Positions 39,450 through 50,141 are shown, numbered from the stretch's first letter. The stretch: 64,000 bases of DNA from Cyanophyceae cyanobacterium (GCA_038321985.1 JBBQFN010000005.1:64001-128000), one strand, 5' to 3'. Numbers and translations are program-made. The notes: generated by a model from the sequence alone, not told the origin.

Positions 39450-39782
39450 ATGCAGAATACCCGTCTGAACAGCCTGTTGGATGGCACGGTTTCCGAACTA
39501 AAGCAAACGTTACGCAATCCGTGGCGACGGATATCCGTGCTGCTGATTAGCTTTTTAATGGGTAATTTTGTAGGAACAGCTATTGCAACGATCGCCGGAC
39601 AAAATGCCAACTTAGATGTGATGGTAGCAGCCATCTTAATCGTAACAGCAGAAGTTTATAGCTATTTTTTCTATCGGATTCATGACCAAATGAAGCGCTC
39701 AATCTTGGCCCAGGGGATTAATGCCTTCAAAATAGGCGTGATTTACAATTTATTTGTACTCGCCTTTACTCTGGGTTCTTAA
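39450..39782 (+). CDS. ycf20: Ycf20/DUF565 family membrane protein
   Basis: MQNTRL, NPWRR, FKIG...LGS. Confidence 0.9.
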   Translation: MQNTRLNSLLDGTVSELKQTLRNPWRRISVLLISFLMGNFVGTAIATIAGQNANLDVMVAAILIVTAEVYSYFFYRIHDQMKRSILAQGINAFKIGVIYNLFVLAFTLGS

Positions 39783-39825
39783 TCCAATGGAATGCCATTT
39801 TCAGGGATTTGAGGGGGATTAATTC

Positions 39826-40902
39826 ATGAGCCCAGAGTTGGCGATCGCCTCGGTTATGGCACAGTGGCAGCAGGGACATCCCCCTACAGCATCAACCTGG
39901 GACGAGTTAATCCAGAGGGAACTAGCGGACTGCCAACGTGCCCAGGCGTATGGAATTTCCCCAGAAAATGTTGAGTCCAACCTGACGGCGCGATCGCAGG
40001 CATGGGAGAAACTTCTCCCCCACCTGGATCACTTCCCATTTCCCGGAGATCACAGACTGGAACTGTTATGGCAATTTTGGTTACCTTTGGCGATGAAACT
40101 CGCAAGCAGTCGCCAGGAGTTAGGACGACCCTGGATTCAAGGAATTTTAGGAGGACAGGGAACCGGAAAAACGACCTTGGGGAGAATTTTAACCTGGATT
40201 TTGAGTCATCTGAAATATTCTACCTTGGCCCTTTCTCTTGATGACCTTTATAAAACTTATTCCGAACGACAGCAGTTGCGCCAGAAGGACCCGCGCCTGA
40301 TCTGGCGAGGGCCGCCAGGGACTCACGATGTCGAGTTAGGGATAACCCTGCTGGATTGCTTACGAAGTCCCGATGGACAACCGATTTCTGTCCCGCGTTT
40401 TGATAAATCTCTGGGGGGGGGACAAGGCGATCGCACGGCCCCAGAAATCGTCAAGGGTGCAGATATCGTATTATTAGAAGGGTGGTTTGTGGGGGTGCGT
40501 CCAGTGGATCCGGCAGTGTTTGAGACTCCCCCAGCGCCAATTATCACCGAATCAGACCGGATTTTTGCCCGAGATATGAATCACCGGTTAGAGGATTATC
40601 TGCCCCTGTGGGACCGACTAGATGGGTTAATGGTGTTGTACCCCCAGGATTATCGCCGGAGTTTGCAGTGGCGGATGCAGGCGGAATGGGAAATGAAGGC
40701 CCAGGGGAAGGGAGGTATGAGTGATGCGGAAATTGGGGAATTTGTGGAGTATTTTTGGAAGGCGTTACATCCGGAGTTATTTCTGAGCCCCCTGTTGTCT
40801 GAGGGTTCCCATGTGGATTTGGCTGTGGAAATGGGGGGCGATCGCCGTATTACCGCAGTTTACAGTCCGAGGCAGAGTAGAAGAACCTCAGGCATCGGCT
40901 GA
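39826..40902 (+). CDS. D-glycerate 3-kinase (plant GLYK type)
   Basis: GGQGTGKTT, SLDDLY, RGPPGTHD, PRFDKS..GGQGDR, EGWFVG. Confidence 0.88.
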   Translation: MSPELAIASVMAQWQQGHPPTASTWDELIQRELADCQRAQAYGISPENVESNLTARSQAWEKLLPHLDHFPFPGDHRLELLWQFWLPLAMKLASSRQELGRPWIQGILGGQGTGKTTLGRILTWILSHLKYSTLALSLDDLYKTYSERQQLRQKDPRLIWRGPPGTHDVELGITLLDCLRSPDGQPISVPRFDKSLGGGQGDRTAPEIVKGADIVLLEGWFVGVRPVDPAVFETPPAPIITESDRIFARDMNHRLEDYLPLWDRLDGLMVLYPQDYRRSLQWRMQAEWEMKAQGKGGMSDAEIGEFVEYFWKALHPELFLSPLLSEGSHVDLAVEMGGDRRITAVYSPRQSRRTSGIG

Positions 40903-41076
40903 TTTTTTCCCGTCGGGGTCAGGGAAATTTTCATCTCCCCTCCCTAGATATCAGACAGGAGTAGCGGGAAGATTTCCGAGGCAAGAATTGCCAATTGCCA
41001 AGATTAGATTTAATTGAGTGCGTCAACAACGGGCAAAACTTGATAGAGTCAATTGCAGGAGTCTCCCCGATAGTTA

Positions 41077-41712
41077 ATGTTGTATTCTATGTTTTATTCT
41101 GGGTTGCGTGCTGGTAGCATCCGTGTCAAGAAAAGTCTAAATTCAGCAGTTGACGTATGTCGAGAGATGGCGAAACGGCTGATTTTAGCGACGGTAATGG
41201 TAAGTTGTCTGGGGTTAATGCTGACCCCAGGGGCGATCGCCGGTCTGAATGATGATAACTTTGATGGCAACATTTATGCCCTCTATGGTGGCAACGGTTC
41301 TTTAGTACCGCCCAGAGTCTCCCTAGAACAGTCCCTCTCTCGGGACGATCGCGCCACAATAGTAGTGTTTTTCCTCGATGACAGCAGCGATTGCAAGCAG
41401 TACACTGCCGTTGTCTCCCAGCTTCAGGCATTTTACGGACGCGCCGCTGATATTTTACCCCTAAATGTGGATGCGATTCCGGTCAAGGATAAATATGAGC
41501 CCACAGAACCGGGGTATTATTATTCTGGGGTTGTCCCCCAAACCGTGGTCCTCGATTTAGAGGGTAAAGTCGTCTATGACGGCAAGGGACAAGTCTCTTA
41601 TGAGTCCATTGATGATGTGTTGCGCCAGGTTTACGACTTGCTCCCGCGATCGGAATCAATCGACCTCAAACGGCGTGCTCCCAATGAGGTGAGTGTCGAA
41701 CTCTCTCGCTAA
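41077..41712 (+). CDS. Thioredoxin-like exported/thylakoid protein (PSI accumulation factor family); start probably downstream
   Basis: DDNFDGNIYALYGGNGSLVPP, DDSSDCK, YYSGVVPQTV. Confidence 0.78.
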   Translation: MLYSMFYSGLRAGSIRVKKSLNSAVDVCREMAKRLILATVMVSCLGLMLTPGAIAGLNDDNFDGNIYALYGGNGSLVPPRVSLEQSLSRDDRATIVVFFLDDSSDCKQYTAVVSQLQAFYGRAADILPLNVDAIPVKDKYEPTEPGYYYSGVVPQTVVLDLEGKVVYDGKGQVSYESIDDVLRQVYDLLPRSESIDLKRRAPNEVSVELSR

Positions 41713-42454
41713 TTCCCCAACCGGGGAGTTGATGGGCCCAGGGAGTGACGGCCCAATCCCCAGGCGGTTTTGCCCCCATCCTTGGGTCTATCTGGACTAG
41801 CCCCTCCCCGGTTTAACCCGTATAAAACTTCCCAGAAAACCTTCTAGGGAACGTTCACCCTAATAATTTTACGGTTGACAACAAGATCGGGTTATGATAA
41901 GTATGCTCTGGGTTGGTAATTTCCGAAAAAATTGGCAACCTTGATTATAAATCCTGTTTATAAATTGAGTCTAATTGCCGATGTTCGACCTAAAGAAGCT
42001 CTGAGATAATAAAAGGACTACCCTAATATTCAGTCACCAAATCGGCATTCCTATGTTGCTGTTGTGCTCAATACCTTTCCCGTGGCGATCGCTACCCAAA
42101 TTATGGGGAAACTATTAGAAGACAAGGATGAGTACCACCCCCTGAGCGACCAGAAGAACGAGGTTTCAGGCTATCCTTTAGCTAAGTTCTCGAGTGGGGT
42201 ATCGTTCACCCCAACAAACCGATACCCCCAACTCTTTTCCATTAATTAACCGGGGCGGCTCAAGAGAAGGTAAATATCTGGGTCTTAGGGGTGTGAATAA
42301 TAGAGACTAGCGGGTGTATTTATTTTTGTATTAGCGATCGCAAAGCAAAAAATTGCATTGTTGAGTGGGGCATCTAATCTACAGAACATTTGTTAAAAAA
42401 TACGCATCTTAGAACAAAGAGTATTAACCTCAGTTCGGTGCATCCGAAAAGACA

Positions 42455-43882
42455 ATGGATAAAAGAAAACTTGATATACGTGCTCCACTGATTGCAAAGC
42501 TTAGTCGCGGGACTGGCATTGGCTCCCTCCGTATCCTTCTGTTGATTGTCCTTGATAGTTTAATGTTGAGCTATGCGTGGCTATTCGCGGACAAATTAGG
42601 TACGCCGGTAGGAGCCTTTAGCTTGATAGCCACTCAGAATGAAAACCCAGGATTTTTAATCCCGATCCTGGTCATTACCGTGGGGATTGTTGCTTCATCA
42701 GGACTCTATGGAACGGATGATCGGCGGCGAGATTTTTTTAGCTTAGTCAAATCTCTCAGCTTTGCTCAGTGCGTTTTATTATTTATTGGCTATCTATACG
42801 AACCCGAAGCGGTCATTTCTCGCTCCACGTTCTTATTGTCCTGGATTTTTGCGGTTACCTTTGTCCTTGCTGAGCGTTTAATCCTACATTTAGGGATTGT
42901 TTATTTGCGCCAAAGAGGTGCAATCCGTCAGCGTATTGGCCTAATTTGCAAACCGAAAGATATTGAACCAGCTAAAAAATTTATTACCAAAAGCAAACAA
43001 TATAATATTTGTGATATAGAAGACCTCTCGGCCCAAGAAAAAACCCACGATTGGTCGGAGATGATTCAACGACTCCGAACAAAATCAGTCAGTGAAGTAT
43101 TTGTCTGTTCGGAACTCTCAGTTCGCGACCAAATTTACCTCTATTGGGAATTAAAACGCGCCGGGATTCATCTAAGAATTCTCCCCCTAGGACTGGAACT
43201 CCCGATTCAGTGGTCGGAGATTAAGATGGTCAATGGTATCCCTAGTATGAGATTCCGATCGCCACCGATTGTTGGGGGGGATTATTGGATCAAACGGGGA
43301 TTTGATTTGGTGGCTGCCTTGATCATTATCTTGTTAATTAGTCCCGCGATGCTGTTGTTAGCGCTGCTGATCAAGGTTGATTCCCCCGGGCCGATTTTTT
43401 ACAAACAAGTGCGGGTGGGGTTAAAAGGTCGGCATTTTAAAGTCTGGAAGTTTCGGACGATGGTTACCAATGCCGAACAGTTACAAAAAGAGTTAGAAGC
43501 CAAGAATGAGATGGCTGGGGGAATTATGTTCAAAATGAAGGACGACCCCCGGATCACGCGGATTGGGAGGTTTATCCGACGCTATAGTTTGGACGAAATC
43601 CCGCAAATTATCAATGTTTTACATGGGGAAATGAGTTTAGTAGGGCCTCGTCCTTTTCCCTTGCGCGATGTGGAACGCTTTTCAGAACATCACTTCATGC
43701 GCCATGAAGTCCTGCCGGGAATCACCGGATTGTGGCAGGTCTCTGGCCGTTCTGATATTGTCGATTTTGAAGAAGTCTTCCGCCTGGATATGACCTACAT
43801 TCAAAATTGGTCTGTTTCTCTGGATTTCCAGATTTTATTCCAGACGGTTAAGGCGGTGCTCGCCAAAGAGGGTGCGTATTAG
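42455..43882 (+). CDS. Polyprenyl glycosylphosphotransferase (initiating EPS sugar transferase)
   Basis: KRGFD, WKFRTM, DDPRIT, SLDEIPQ, SLVGPRP, PGITGLWQV. Confidence 0.95.
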   Translation: MDKRKLDIRAPLIAKLSRGTGIGSLRILLLIVLDSLMLSYAWLFADKLGTPVGAFSLIATQNENPGFLIPILVITVGIVASSGLYGTDDRRRDFFSLVKSLSFAQCVLLFIGYLYEPEAVISRSTFLLSWIFAVTFVLAERLILHLGIVYLRQRGAIRQRIGLICKPKDIEPAKKFITKSKQYNICDIEDLSAQEKTHDWSEMIQRLRTKSVSEVFVCSELSVRDQIYLYWELKRAGIHLRILPLGLELPIQWSEIKMVNGIPSMRFRSPPIVGGDYWIKRGFDLVAALIIILLISPAMLLLALLIKVDSPGPIFYKQVRVGLKGRHFKVWKFRTMVTNAEQLQKELEAKNEMAGGIMFKMKDDPRITRIGRFIRRYSLDEIPQIINVLHGEMSLVGPRPFPLRDVERFSEHHFMRHEVLPGITGLWQVSGRSDIVDFEEVFRLDMTYIQNWSVSLDFQILFQTVKAVLAKEGAY

Positions 43883-43910
43883 TGCTGGGGGAATCAGGGG
43901 AGATCGCCTC

Positions 43911-44510
43911 TTAATCTGCGGATTTTGGCCGCTGCTGACCAATCCACTCCACCGCCGCCCCTAAATCCGAGGCGATGAAATCCGGATGGGTGTGGTGTTG
44001 GTATTCGCCACCCAAAACACGACTACCATAACCTGTTTTTACCAAAATTCCCGTACAACCGGCATTGTGGGCCATATCCACATCGGTTGCTTTATCCCCC
44101 ACCATAAAACTCTGACTCAGGTCTAAATCATGTTCCCAAGCTGCCGCTACTAACATTCCCGTATTGGGTTTACGCCACGTCGTCCACCGGGTAAAAGCGG
44201 AGTCGGTCCCGCCTTCAGGGGGACTCAAATAGGGACAATAATAGAGGGCATCCAACCGCGCCCCTGCTTCCTGGTCTAATAAGTAACACAGACGCTGGTG
44301 TAGGGCCTCTACATGGCTGGCCGGGTAATATCCCCGCGCTGGACCCGATTGGTTGGAAACCAGACAACAGAATAAATTTCGGTCATTTAAGCTGCGGACG
44401 GCGGCGGCGACACCGGGAATCAAATTTAGGTCTTCAACCCGGTGAATATAGCCGACTTCTTGATTTAAAACACCGTCTCGGTCCAGGAATACTGCGGGTT
44501 TCATGGGCAA
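43911..44510 (-). CDS. gmhB: HAD-IIIA D,D-heptose 1,7-bisphosphate phosphatase family
   Basis: FLDRDGVL, SNQSG, RKPNTGM, MVGDK. Confidence 0.85.
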   Translation of the reverse strand: MPMKPAVFLDRDGVLNQEVGYIHRVEDLNLIPGVAAAVRSLNDRNLFCCLVSNQSGPARGYYPASHVEALHQRLCYLLDQEAGARLDALYYCPYLSPPEGGTDSAFTRWTTWRKPNTGMLVAAAWEHDLDLSQSFMVGDKATDVDMAHNAGCTGILVKTGYGSRVLGGEYQHHTHPDFIASDLGAAVEWIGQQRPKSAD

Positions 44511-44531
44511 GGTTTGAAGAGAGTAAAAAAA

Positions 44532-44594
44532 GAAGAATTAAGAATTAATGAGTTAGGATTTTATTAAACTTTATTAATTCTTAATTCTTAATTC
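44532..44594. repeat. Short heptamer tandem repeats in inverted arrangement (STRR-like)
   Basis: (AAGAATT)2 ... (TAATTCT)2+. Confidence 0.6.
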
Positions 44595-44609
44595 CGACTG
44601 TTCTTTTTT

Positions 44610-45584
44610 TTAGCCTCCCCAAACTTTTTCAAGAACCATCTCCGGTGAAATATCGGCAATTTTGCCGGTGGAAGATTGAATACCGATATAGCGATCGCCT
44701 GGAGGTAGCAATTTGGCTGGGTCTGTAGGACCAAACAACGCGATCGTATAAGTCTGTACCGCCACCGCCAGATGCATCGGCGCACTATCTGTACAAAGCA
44801 TCAAATTAGCAGCGGCGATCGTTGCGGCTAACTTACCCACATCCGGGGGTGAAGTGACCTTAACGCCGGGACAGGACTTAACCAACTGGTCGCATAAAGG
44901 TTTATCCTCGGGTCCTTGAATCAATACCACCGGCAATTGGGGCTGACGCGCTTGCAAGTCTTTGATAATCTGCTGCCATTTTTCAGGCGGATAGATTTTA
45001 TCCAGTCCTTTGATTTGGGACAGTTGGCTAGCACCCCCATGAATCAGAATGTAGCCGCTGTCTTTAACCCCCAGTCTTTGTTGTTCGTCATCGGACCAGC
45101 GCAGATCCTCTTTGAGCAAAGTAACCGCGAGTTCCGGACAAGGCAGGGACGCGCCAAAACCCTGCAACAAGTCGTGGTACATACCCGCAGCATATTGCTC
45201 AGTTTTCAGGGGGACTGGGTTGGTGAGTAACCAGGAGTTGCCTAGATCCGAGTAGCTAATCCGGATAGGGATGCCTGTTAACCAGAGCAACAAACCCACC
45301 ACCCAGCGCTGTCCAAGGGAGATCACCGCATCATATTCGCGATCGCGCATGATCCCCAGCAAATTCCCCCAATCCGCCAACCCGTTGCGATCCTTAAAAT
45401 CAAACGGCAGCACCTGGAGGGACTTGTTATGGAAAAACTTGGATACCCGGTAGGCACCTTTAGACCGAGGCTCCACAACAACATCTATGTAAGCATTGGG
45501 ATATAACCGTTTCAGGCTATCCAACGTCGGGAAAAATAAAATTTGGTCGCCGATTCCGCCTGGGACAAGGGCCAGTATTCGCAT
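44610..45584 (-). CDS. Glycosyltransferase family 9 (heptosyltransferase-like)
   Basis: GGIGDQIL, IHGGAS, TDSAPMHLAVA, ALFGPT. Confidence 0.92.
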   Translation of the reverse strand: MRILALVPGGIGDQILFFPTLDSLKRLYPNAYIDVVVEPRSKGAYRVSKFFHNKSLQVLPFDFKDRNGLADWGNLLGIMRDREYDAVISLGQRWVVGLLLWLTGIPIRISYSDLGNSWLLTNPVPLKTEQYAAGMYHDLLQGFGASLPCPELAVTLLKEDLRWSDDEQQRLGVKDSGYILIHGGASQLSQIKGLDKIYPPEKWQQIIKDLQARQPQLPVVLIQGPEDKPLCDQLVKSCPGVKVTSPPDVGKLAATIAAANLMLCTDSAPMHLAVAVQTYTIALFGPTDPAKLLPPGDRYIGIQSSTGKIADISPEMVLEKVWGG

Positions 45585-45840
45585 CTCAATTGATTGAGCT
45601 TACTAAACAGACTCATTCTAAGCGATGAGGTACTTAATCCGATGAGGAATCTTCTTCCTGTAGCCACCCAACCCCGAAAAGGACGCCAAAAAAAGCGCGG
45701 ATCGCCCCTAGACCTCTACTCTAGTTATGATTAGACCTTTTGCATAATTCCGAACCAGACTCCCCCAACTCCCTTTTTACGGTGGGGGGATTTACAGCCA
45801 GAAGTCTATTTTTGAAACCAAACGTTTTAGAGGAACCACC

Positions 45841-46530
45841 GTGCATTTATTGATACCCGCCGCTGGCATGGGGCGACGAATGGGAAGCAACCGCAATAAA
45901 TTACTCCTGAAATTGCTCGATCGCCCCTTAATTGCCTGGACCTTGGACGCGGCGTCTGCCTCCAGTCAGATTACTTGGATTGGTTTAATCGGCCAACCGG
46001 AAGACTGGCCGGAGTTTGAAGCTATCTTAGCCGCGAAACCCCTCACCAAACCTGTGCAATTCATCCCAGGCGGGACCACCCGCCAGGAATCGGTTTATAA
46101 CGGGTTACAGGGACTCCCCCAGGATGCAACCCATGTTTTGATTCACGATGGGGCTAGATGTCTGGCGACCCCTGACCTATTCGATCGCTGTGCTGAGTCC
46201 CTACGTCATTGTCCCGGTTTAATAGCCGCCATCCCGGTTAAAGACACCATTAAGCTAGTGGCGCGGGACTCCTCCATCATTGAACAAACCCCGGACCGAC
46301 AGCAATTATGGGCCGCCCAGACCCCCCAAGGATTTGAGGTGGAGTTATTGAAACAGTGTCACGATCGCGGGCGGTCCCGAGGATGGGAAGTCACCGATGA
46401 TGCGGCTTTATTTGAAAAATGCGACTTGCCGGTGCAGATTGTGCCGGGAGAAGAGACCAATCTGAAAGTGACTACCCCGATGGACTTGGCGATCGCCGAG
46501 TTTATTCTGCGTCAGCAGCAGCACCCTTAA
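45841..46530 (+). CDS. ispD: 2-C-methyl-D-erythritol 4-phosphate cytidylyltransferase
   Basis: PAAGMGRRM, GGTTRQESV, IHDGARC, AQTPQGF, TDDA, NLKVTTP. Confidence 0.97.
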   Translation: MHLLIPAAGMGRRMGSNRNKLLLKLLDRPLIAWTLDAASASSQITWIGLIGQPEDWPEFEAILAAKPLTKPVQFIPGGTTRQESVYNGLQGLPQDATHVLIHDGARCLATPDLFDRCAESLRHCPGLIAAIPVKDTIKLVARDSSIIEQTPDRQQLWAAQTPQGFEVELLKQCHDRGRSRGWEVTDDAALFEKCDLPVQIVPGEETNLKVTTPMDLAIAEFILRQQQHP

Positions 46531-46768
46531 CCGGCCTCCCCGCAACCTTTAAAATTGGGTGTGGAGCATCTTGCCCCCTAGGACCATAGCCCGGAAGATG
46601 CTCCCACTTAACTCTTAATCCCTAGAGGTTAGGGGTAGTCCCACAAAAGGGCGATCGCCTGCGGTTCACCGTGGAGGATGGCTATCATGGAAATCAGTTT
46701 CTATCCGTTGTTATCAGTCGCGAACTCCGCTACTCCCGCCATCGGGATCGAACTTTTACACCCAATCC

Positions 46769-48223
46769 ATGCTTAGATTTCAGCTTTTTCTACGGTTTAT
46801 TCCGGCAGTCTCGCTTCTTGTCCTAGTGGGGGGCTGTTCCCAAAGGGTCTCACCAACCTCTACCGAGTCTTTCAGCTTACCCTCCGTAGTTGCTCAGGTC
46901 CCGACTGCCCAAACGGTGACTCAGCCATTTGATGAGGCGGTTAAATATGCAACAACAGCGGCTAATTTAGCTCAAAGTGCTCAATCTCCTGCTGAGTGGG
47001 ATGAAGTGTCAAAGCAGTGGCTTCAAGCTATTTATTGGATGCAGTCCGTTTCTCCGACTAGCCCCAGGCGTGCCTTTGCTCAGAAAAAAGTGGCGGAATA
47101 TATGCGCTATCTGATTTACAGCCAAGAGCAAGCTACGGTTAGTTCTCGTCTGAACTATCCCACGTTTAATAGTAATGTCCTGGATGAGCAATTGGGACTC
47201 TATCTGTCGTACATTGAGACGATAGGGCGGCCTGATGTTTTGATTGTGGGTAGTTCTCGGGCATTGCAGGGGGTGGATCCGCGTATCCTTCGTCAAGCCT
47301 TGGGTTCTCAGGGCTTGTCTGGACTGAGAGTGTTTAATTTTGGGATTCACGGTGCGACGGCCCAGGTGGTGCGGTTTCAGTTGCAGGAATTGTTGGGTCC
47401 CGAGCATCTGCCACGGATGATTTTATGGGCGGATGGGGTCCGGGGGTTTAATAGTGGACGGGTGGATCGAACCTATACCGAAATTGTACGATCGCCGGGA
47501 TACCAACGATTACGGTCGGGGGTCCCACCTCGGTTGAGTTCGGGAAGATTGGAGGGGGCGATCGCTGAACACTCCGAAAGGGAATCCCAGTTCCAACCGA
47601 TGAATTTTCCCTCTCCCTCGGATGATTCTACCCTCGTCAAAGACTCCGCCCCTACAGTCCTTTTGCCGGAATCCGTTCCCAGCAAGGTACTATGGTGTTC
47701 CGACTCCCCAGAATGCCTAACCCGGTCCCCCCCTGACACCACCGCCTCCACCCTTGCCAATGCGGTCCCTCGGTTGAGTCCTTTGGGGAATGCGATTGAT
47801 GCTTACGGGTTCCTACCTGTTTCTACCCGCTTCAGTCCTCGTAGTTATTACGAGCAAAGGTCTCCAGTCGCCGGCCTCTATGACCGCGATTATGATAATT
47901 TTCAGTTGGGAGGTATTCAGGGTTCAGCCTTGGAGTCAGTAGTAGGCTTTGCCAAATCCCGTCAAATTCCGTTAGTCATCGTTAATCTGCCCCTGACTGG
48001 TGATTATTTAGATACCACGCGCCGCGCTAGGGAGATAGAGTTCCGCCAGTATATGCGCCGCATGAGCGCTCAGGCGTTTCTCTGGCGGGATCTTTCAATA
48101 GCTCGGGGCCTGAATCGGAATGATTATTTTGAGGACCCTAGTCATTTGAATCAGGGGGGTGCTGCTGCGGTGGCTCGTTTCCTGGCAGCGGACCCCAATA
48201 TTCCCTGGCCGAGACGTCGCTAG
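46769..48223 (+). CDS. Lipoprotein with an SGNH-hydrolase-like domain (DUF1574-like)
   Basis: Lipobox VGGC; LIVGSSR, FNFGIHG and DPSHLN blocks. Confidence 0.75.
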   Translation: MLRFQLFLRFIPAVSLLVLVGGCSQRVSPTSTESFSLPSVVAQVPTAQTVTQPFDEAVKYATTAANLAQSAQSPAEWDEVSKQWLQAIYWMQSVSPTSPRRAFAQKKVAEYMRYLIYSQEQATVSSRLNYPTFNSNVLDEQLGLYLSYIETIGRPDVLIVGSSRALQGVDPRILRQALGSQGLSGLRVFNFGIHGATAQVVRFQLQELLGPEHLPRMILWADGVRGFNSGRVDRTYTEIVRSPGYQRLRSGVPPRLSSGRLEGAIAEHSERESQFQPMNFPSPSDDSTLVKDSAPTVLLPESVPSKVLWCSDSPECLTRSPPDTTASTLANAVPRLSPLGNAIDAYGFLPVSTRFSPRSYYEQRSPVAGLYDRDYDNFQLGGIQGSALESVVGFAKSRQIPLVIVNLPLTGDYLDTTRRAREIEFRQYMRRMSAQAFLWRDLSIARGLNRNDYFEDPSHLNQGGAAAVARFLAADPNIPWPRRR

Positions 48224-48344
48224 GGGTGAAGTGCTAAAGGCGCGAGACAAGTGAGAAAAGGCGATCGCGCTCCGGTGAGGTAATAGGGTTTGGGGTCCAG
48301 GGACTGGAAATGGTTGAATCAGTGACAGGTCAAGAAACAATAAA

Positions 48345-48376
48345 AAGTGAGGTCCTCTGTACAGAGGACCTCACTT
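48345..48376 (-). terminator. Perfect 32 bp palindrome, likely a terminator for the minus-strand gene
   Basis: AAGTGAGGTCCTCTGT|ACAGAGGACCTCACTT with an A-tract on the left (U-tract on the minus strand). Confidence 0.75.
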
Positions 48377-48441
48377 AAGTCTAAAACCGTTTGAGTTGAA
48401 CCGTTCTAGCTACTGAAGGCTCACTACTGAGGTCATGTTAC

Positions 48442-49047
48442 TTACCACAGCGCGCGCACAGGTTGCTGAATGTTGGAGACCATGTTGCGATCGTCAATGT
48501 CGAACTCAATGCGACGACCCGGAGTCATGACGGCTTGGCGACAAACATCCGTAGTTACCATATAAGTTCTGATGCCACCATCGGGAAGGCGCAACTGTAA
48601 GCTCGTTTCTTCACAAGAAACGATGTCACCCGCGACCCGGATTGTTCGGGTAGAGGTGGTGGTCGTGGTAGGGGTAGAGGTGGTGGTCGTCGAGCTTGTC
48701 GTGGTGGTCGTGACTCTATCCTCTGGAGTGATGACCGTGACTTGGGTGCCCATCATCCCCGTACTATCCAACATCACCTCAATATCCATCCCCGGCAGCA
48801 ACCCGAGACGGTTTCTATCAGTTTCTGCAATCTCGACAATTTGGGTTTCGCCATTGGGTAGGCGAATGGTGACTTGATTATTACGAATGCTTTGAATGGT
48901 GCCTCGGACCATTGTAGTGGGGTTAGCTTGGCTAATGAATGGGCTCTCCCCTACTGGAGCGACTGGCCGAGACGATGCTGGAAAAACCGATACTCCACAG
49001 AGTACCAGAGACAACATTGTACCCGTTAAGACTTTTATATTTTTCAT
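48442..49047 (-). CDS. Secreted protein: two small beta-barrel-like repeats, Thr-rich linker, PVRALW tail
   Basis: Signal peptide; VRGTIQSI...IRLPNGE and VAGDIVSC...LRLPDGG repeats; GTGAGG RBS. Confidence 0.8.
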   Translation of the reverse strand: MKNIKVLTGTMLSLVLCGVSVFPASSRPVAPVGESPFISQANPTTMVRGTIQSIRNNQVTIRLPNGETQIVEIAETDRNRLGLLPGMDIEVMLDSTGMMGTQVTVITPEDRVTTTTTSSTTTTSTPTTTTTSTRTIRVAGDIVSCEETSLQLRLPDGGIRTYMVTTDVCRQAVMTPGRRIEFDIDDRNMVSNIQQPVRALW

Positions 49048-49310
49048 CCGAATGACATCCTCACTTCAACACTATTATAAGTTGCGAGGTTCTGCTGAGA
49101 CCTCGCCATCGGACCTAACACACAAGTTGATGCTATAACCGGAACCCTAGCAAAATTGTACCCGTCTGGTCGGGGAGTTGTAATCTACCTAGAGGTAGAG
49201 GTTGGTCCCTTACCATCCAGACCGATGGTTTCTTTTACATCTTAGGCCATTTATGCTTGAACTCGAATCAAGTCCAGCTATAGAATAAAATAATATCAGT
49301 TTTTCTGGAA

Positions 49311-49976
49311 ATGTGTAGCAAGGGTTTGTTAGGAATTATAGATAAAGGAATGGTGCAAGGAGAAATTCTATTGCTCAAGTTTATGCGCCTTACCGTCAGT
49401 ACCGTAGCGGTACTCCTGTCAATGTCATCCCTAGCTTGGGGAACCAGCGTCCCGACCGAAGTATCGGTTGGAAATCGCGCTATTCCTGATTTAGAATGGT
49501 TGCCGGTTTTAGACCCTGACTTACCTCCGTTAGGAGAATATTCTAAATTTCTTCCCTTAGAGGAACTGTATCCTGAAAGCACAACGGTCACCACTCAGTT
49601 AGTGATCCGGTTGAGCGAACGTCGCGTTTATGTCTATCGCAACGATCGCGTCCAAACCAGTTATCCGATCGCCGTCGGCAAGGAAGGGTGGGAAACTCCC
49701 ACCGGCCAATATGAGGTCATGCAAATGCAACGAAATCCGATCTGGGAGCATCCTTGGACGGGTGAGTTAGTTTATCCAGGACCGGATAATCCTTTAGGGT
49801 CACGATGGATTGGGTTCTGGACAGACGGAAAGGATTTAATTGGGTTTCATGGTACTCCCAACGAAGAACTGATTGGAGAGGCAGTTTCCCACGGCTGCGT
49901 CCGAATGCGGAATCAGGATATTTTGTCGTTATATGCCCAGGTAGAACTGGGAACACCTGTGACTGTAGAACCTTAA
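49311..49976 (+). CDS. L,D-transpeptidase (YkuD family)
   Basis: YPIAVGK...TPTG, NPLGSRWIGF, GFHGT...VSHGCVRM. Confidence 0.93.
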   Translation: MCSKGLLGIIDKGMVQGEILLLKFMRLTVSTVAVLLSMSSLAWGTSVPTEVSVGNRAIPDLEWLPVLDPDLPPLGEYSKFLPLEELYPESTTVTTQLVIRLSERRVYVYRNDRVQTSYPIAVGKEGWETPTGQYEVMQMQRNPIWEHPWTGELVYPGPDNPLGSRWIGFWTDGKDLIGFHGTPNEELIGEAVSHGCVRMRNQDILSLYAQVELGTPVTVEP

Positions 49977-50141
49977 TCTCTTCTGAACAGAGTAGAGATT
50001 AAAAAACCCCGAAACACTCGGCAAGAGACGAAGAGGAAGTGAGAAAAGACAATTTTCGCACTTCCTCGCGCTTTAATAATCGCTTAATTCCAAGTGGAAT
50101 AGAATTGGGAAACGGGATAGACAATAGATAGAACTCAGAAA

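Noticed and set aside
41875..41907. TTGACA promoter upstream of the sugar transferase
   Set aside because: The best -10 candidates lie 12 or 21 bp away, not 16-18.
42064..42249. 61 aa ORF upstream of the sugar transferase
   Set aside because: Non-ATG start, no RBS or motif; likely untranslated leader sequence.
43911..45584. GT9 plus gmhB as a novel heptose pathway
   Set aside because: No gmhA/hldE/hldD in the window; the pair looks like ordinary envelope content and the substrate cannot be inferred.
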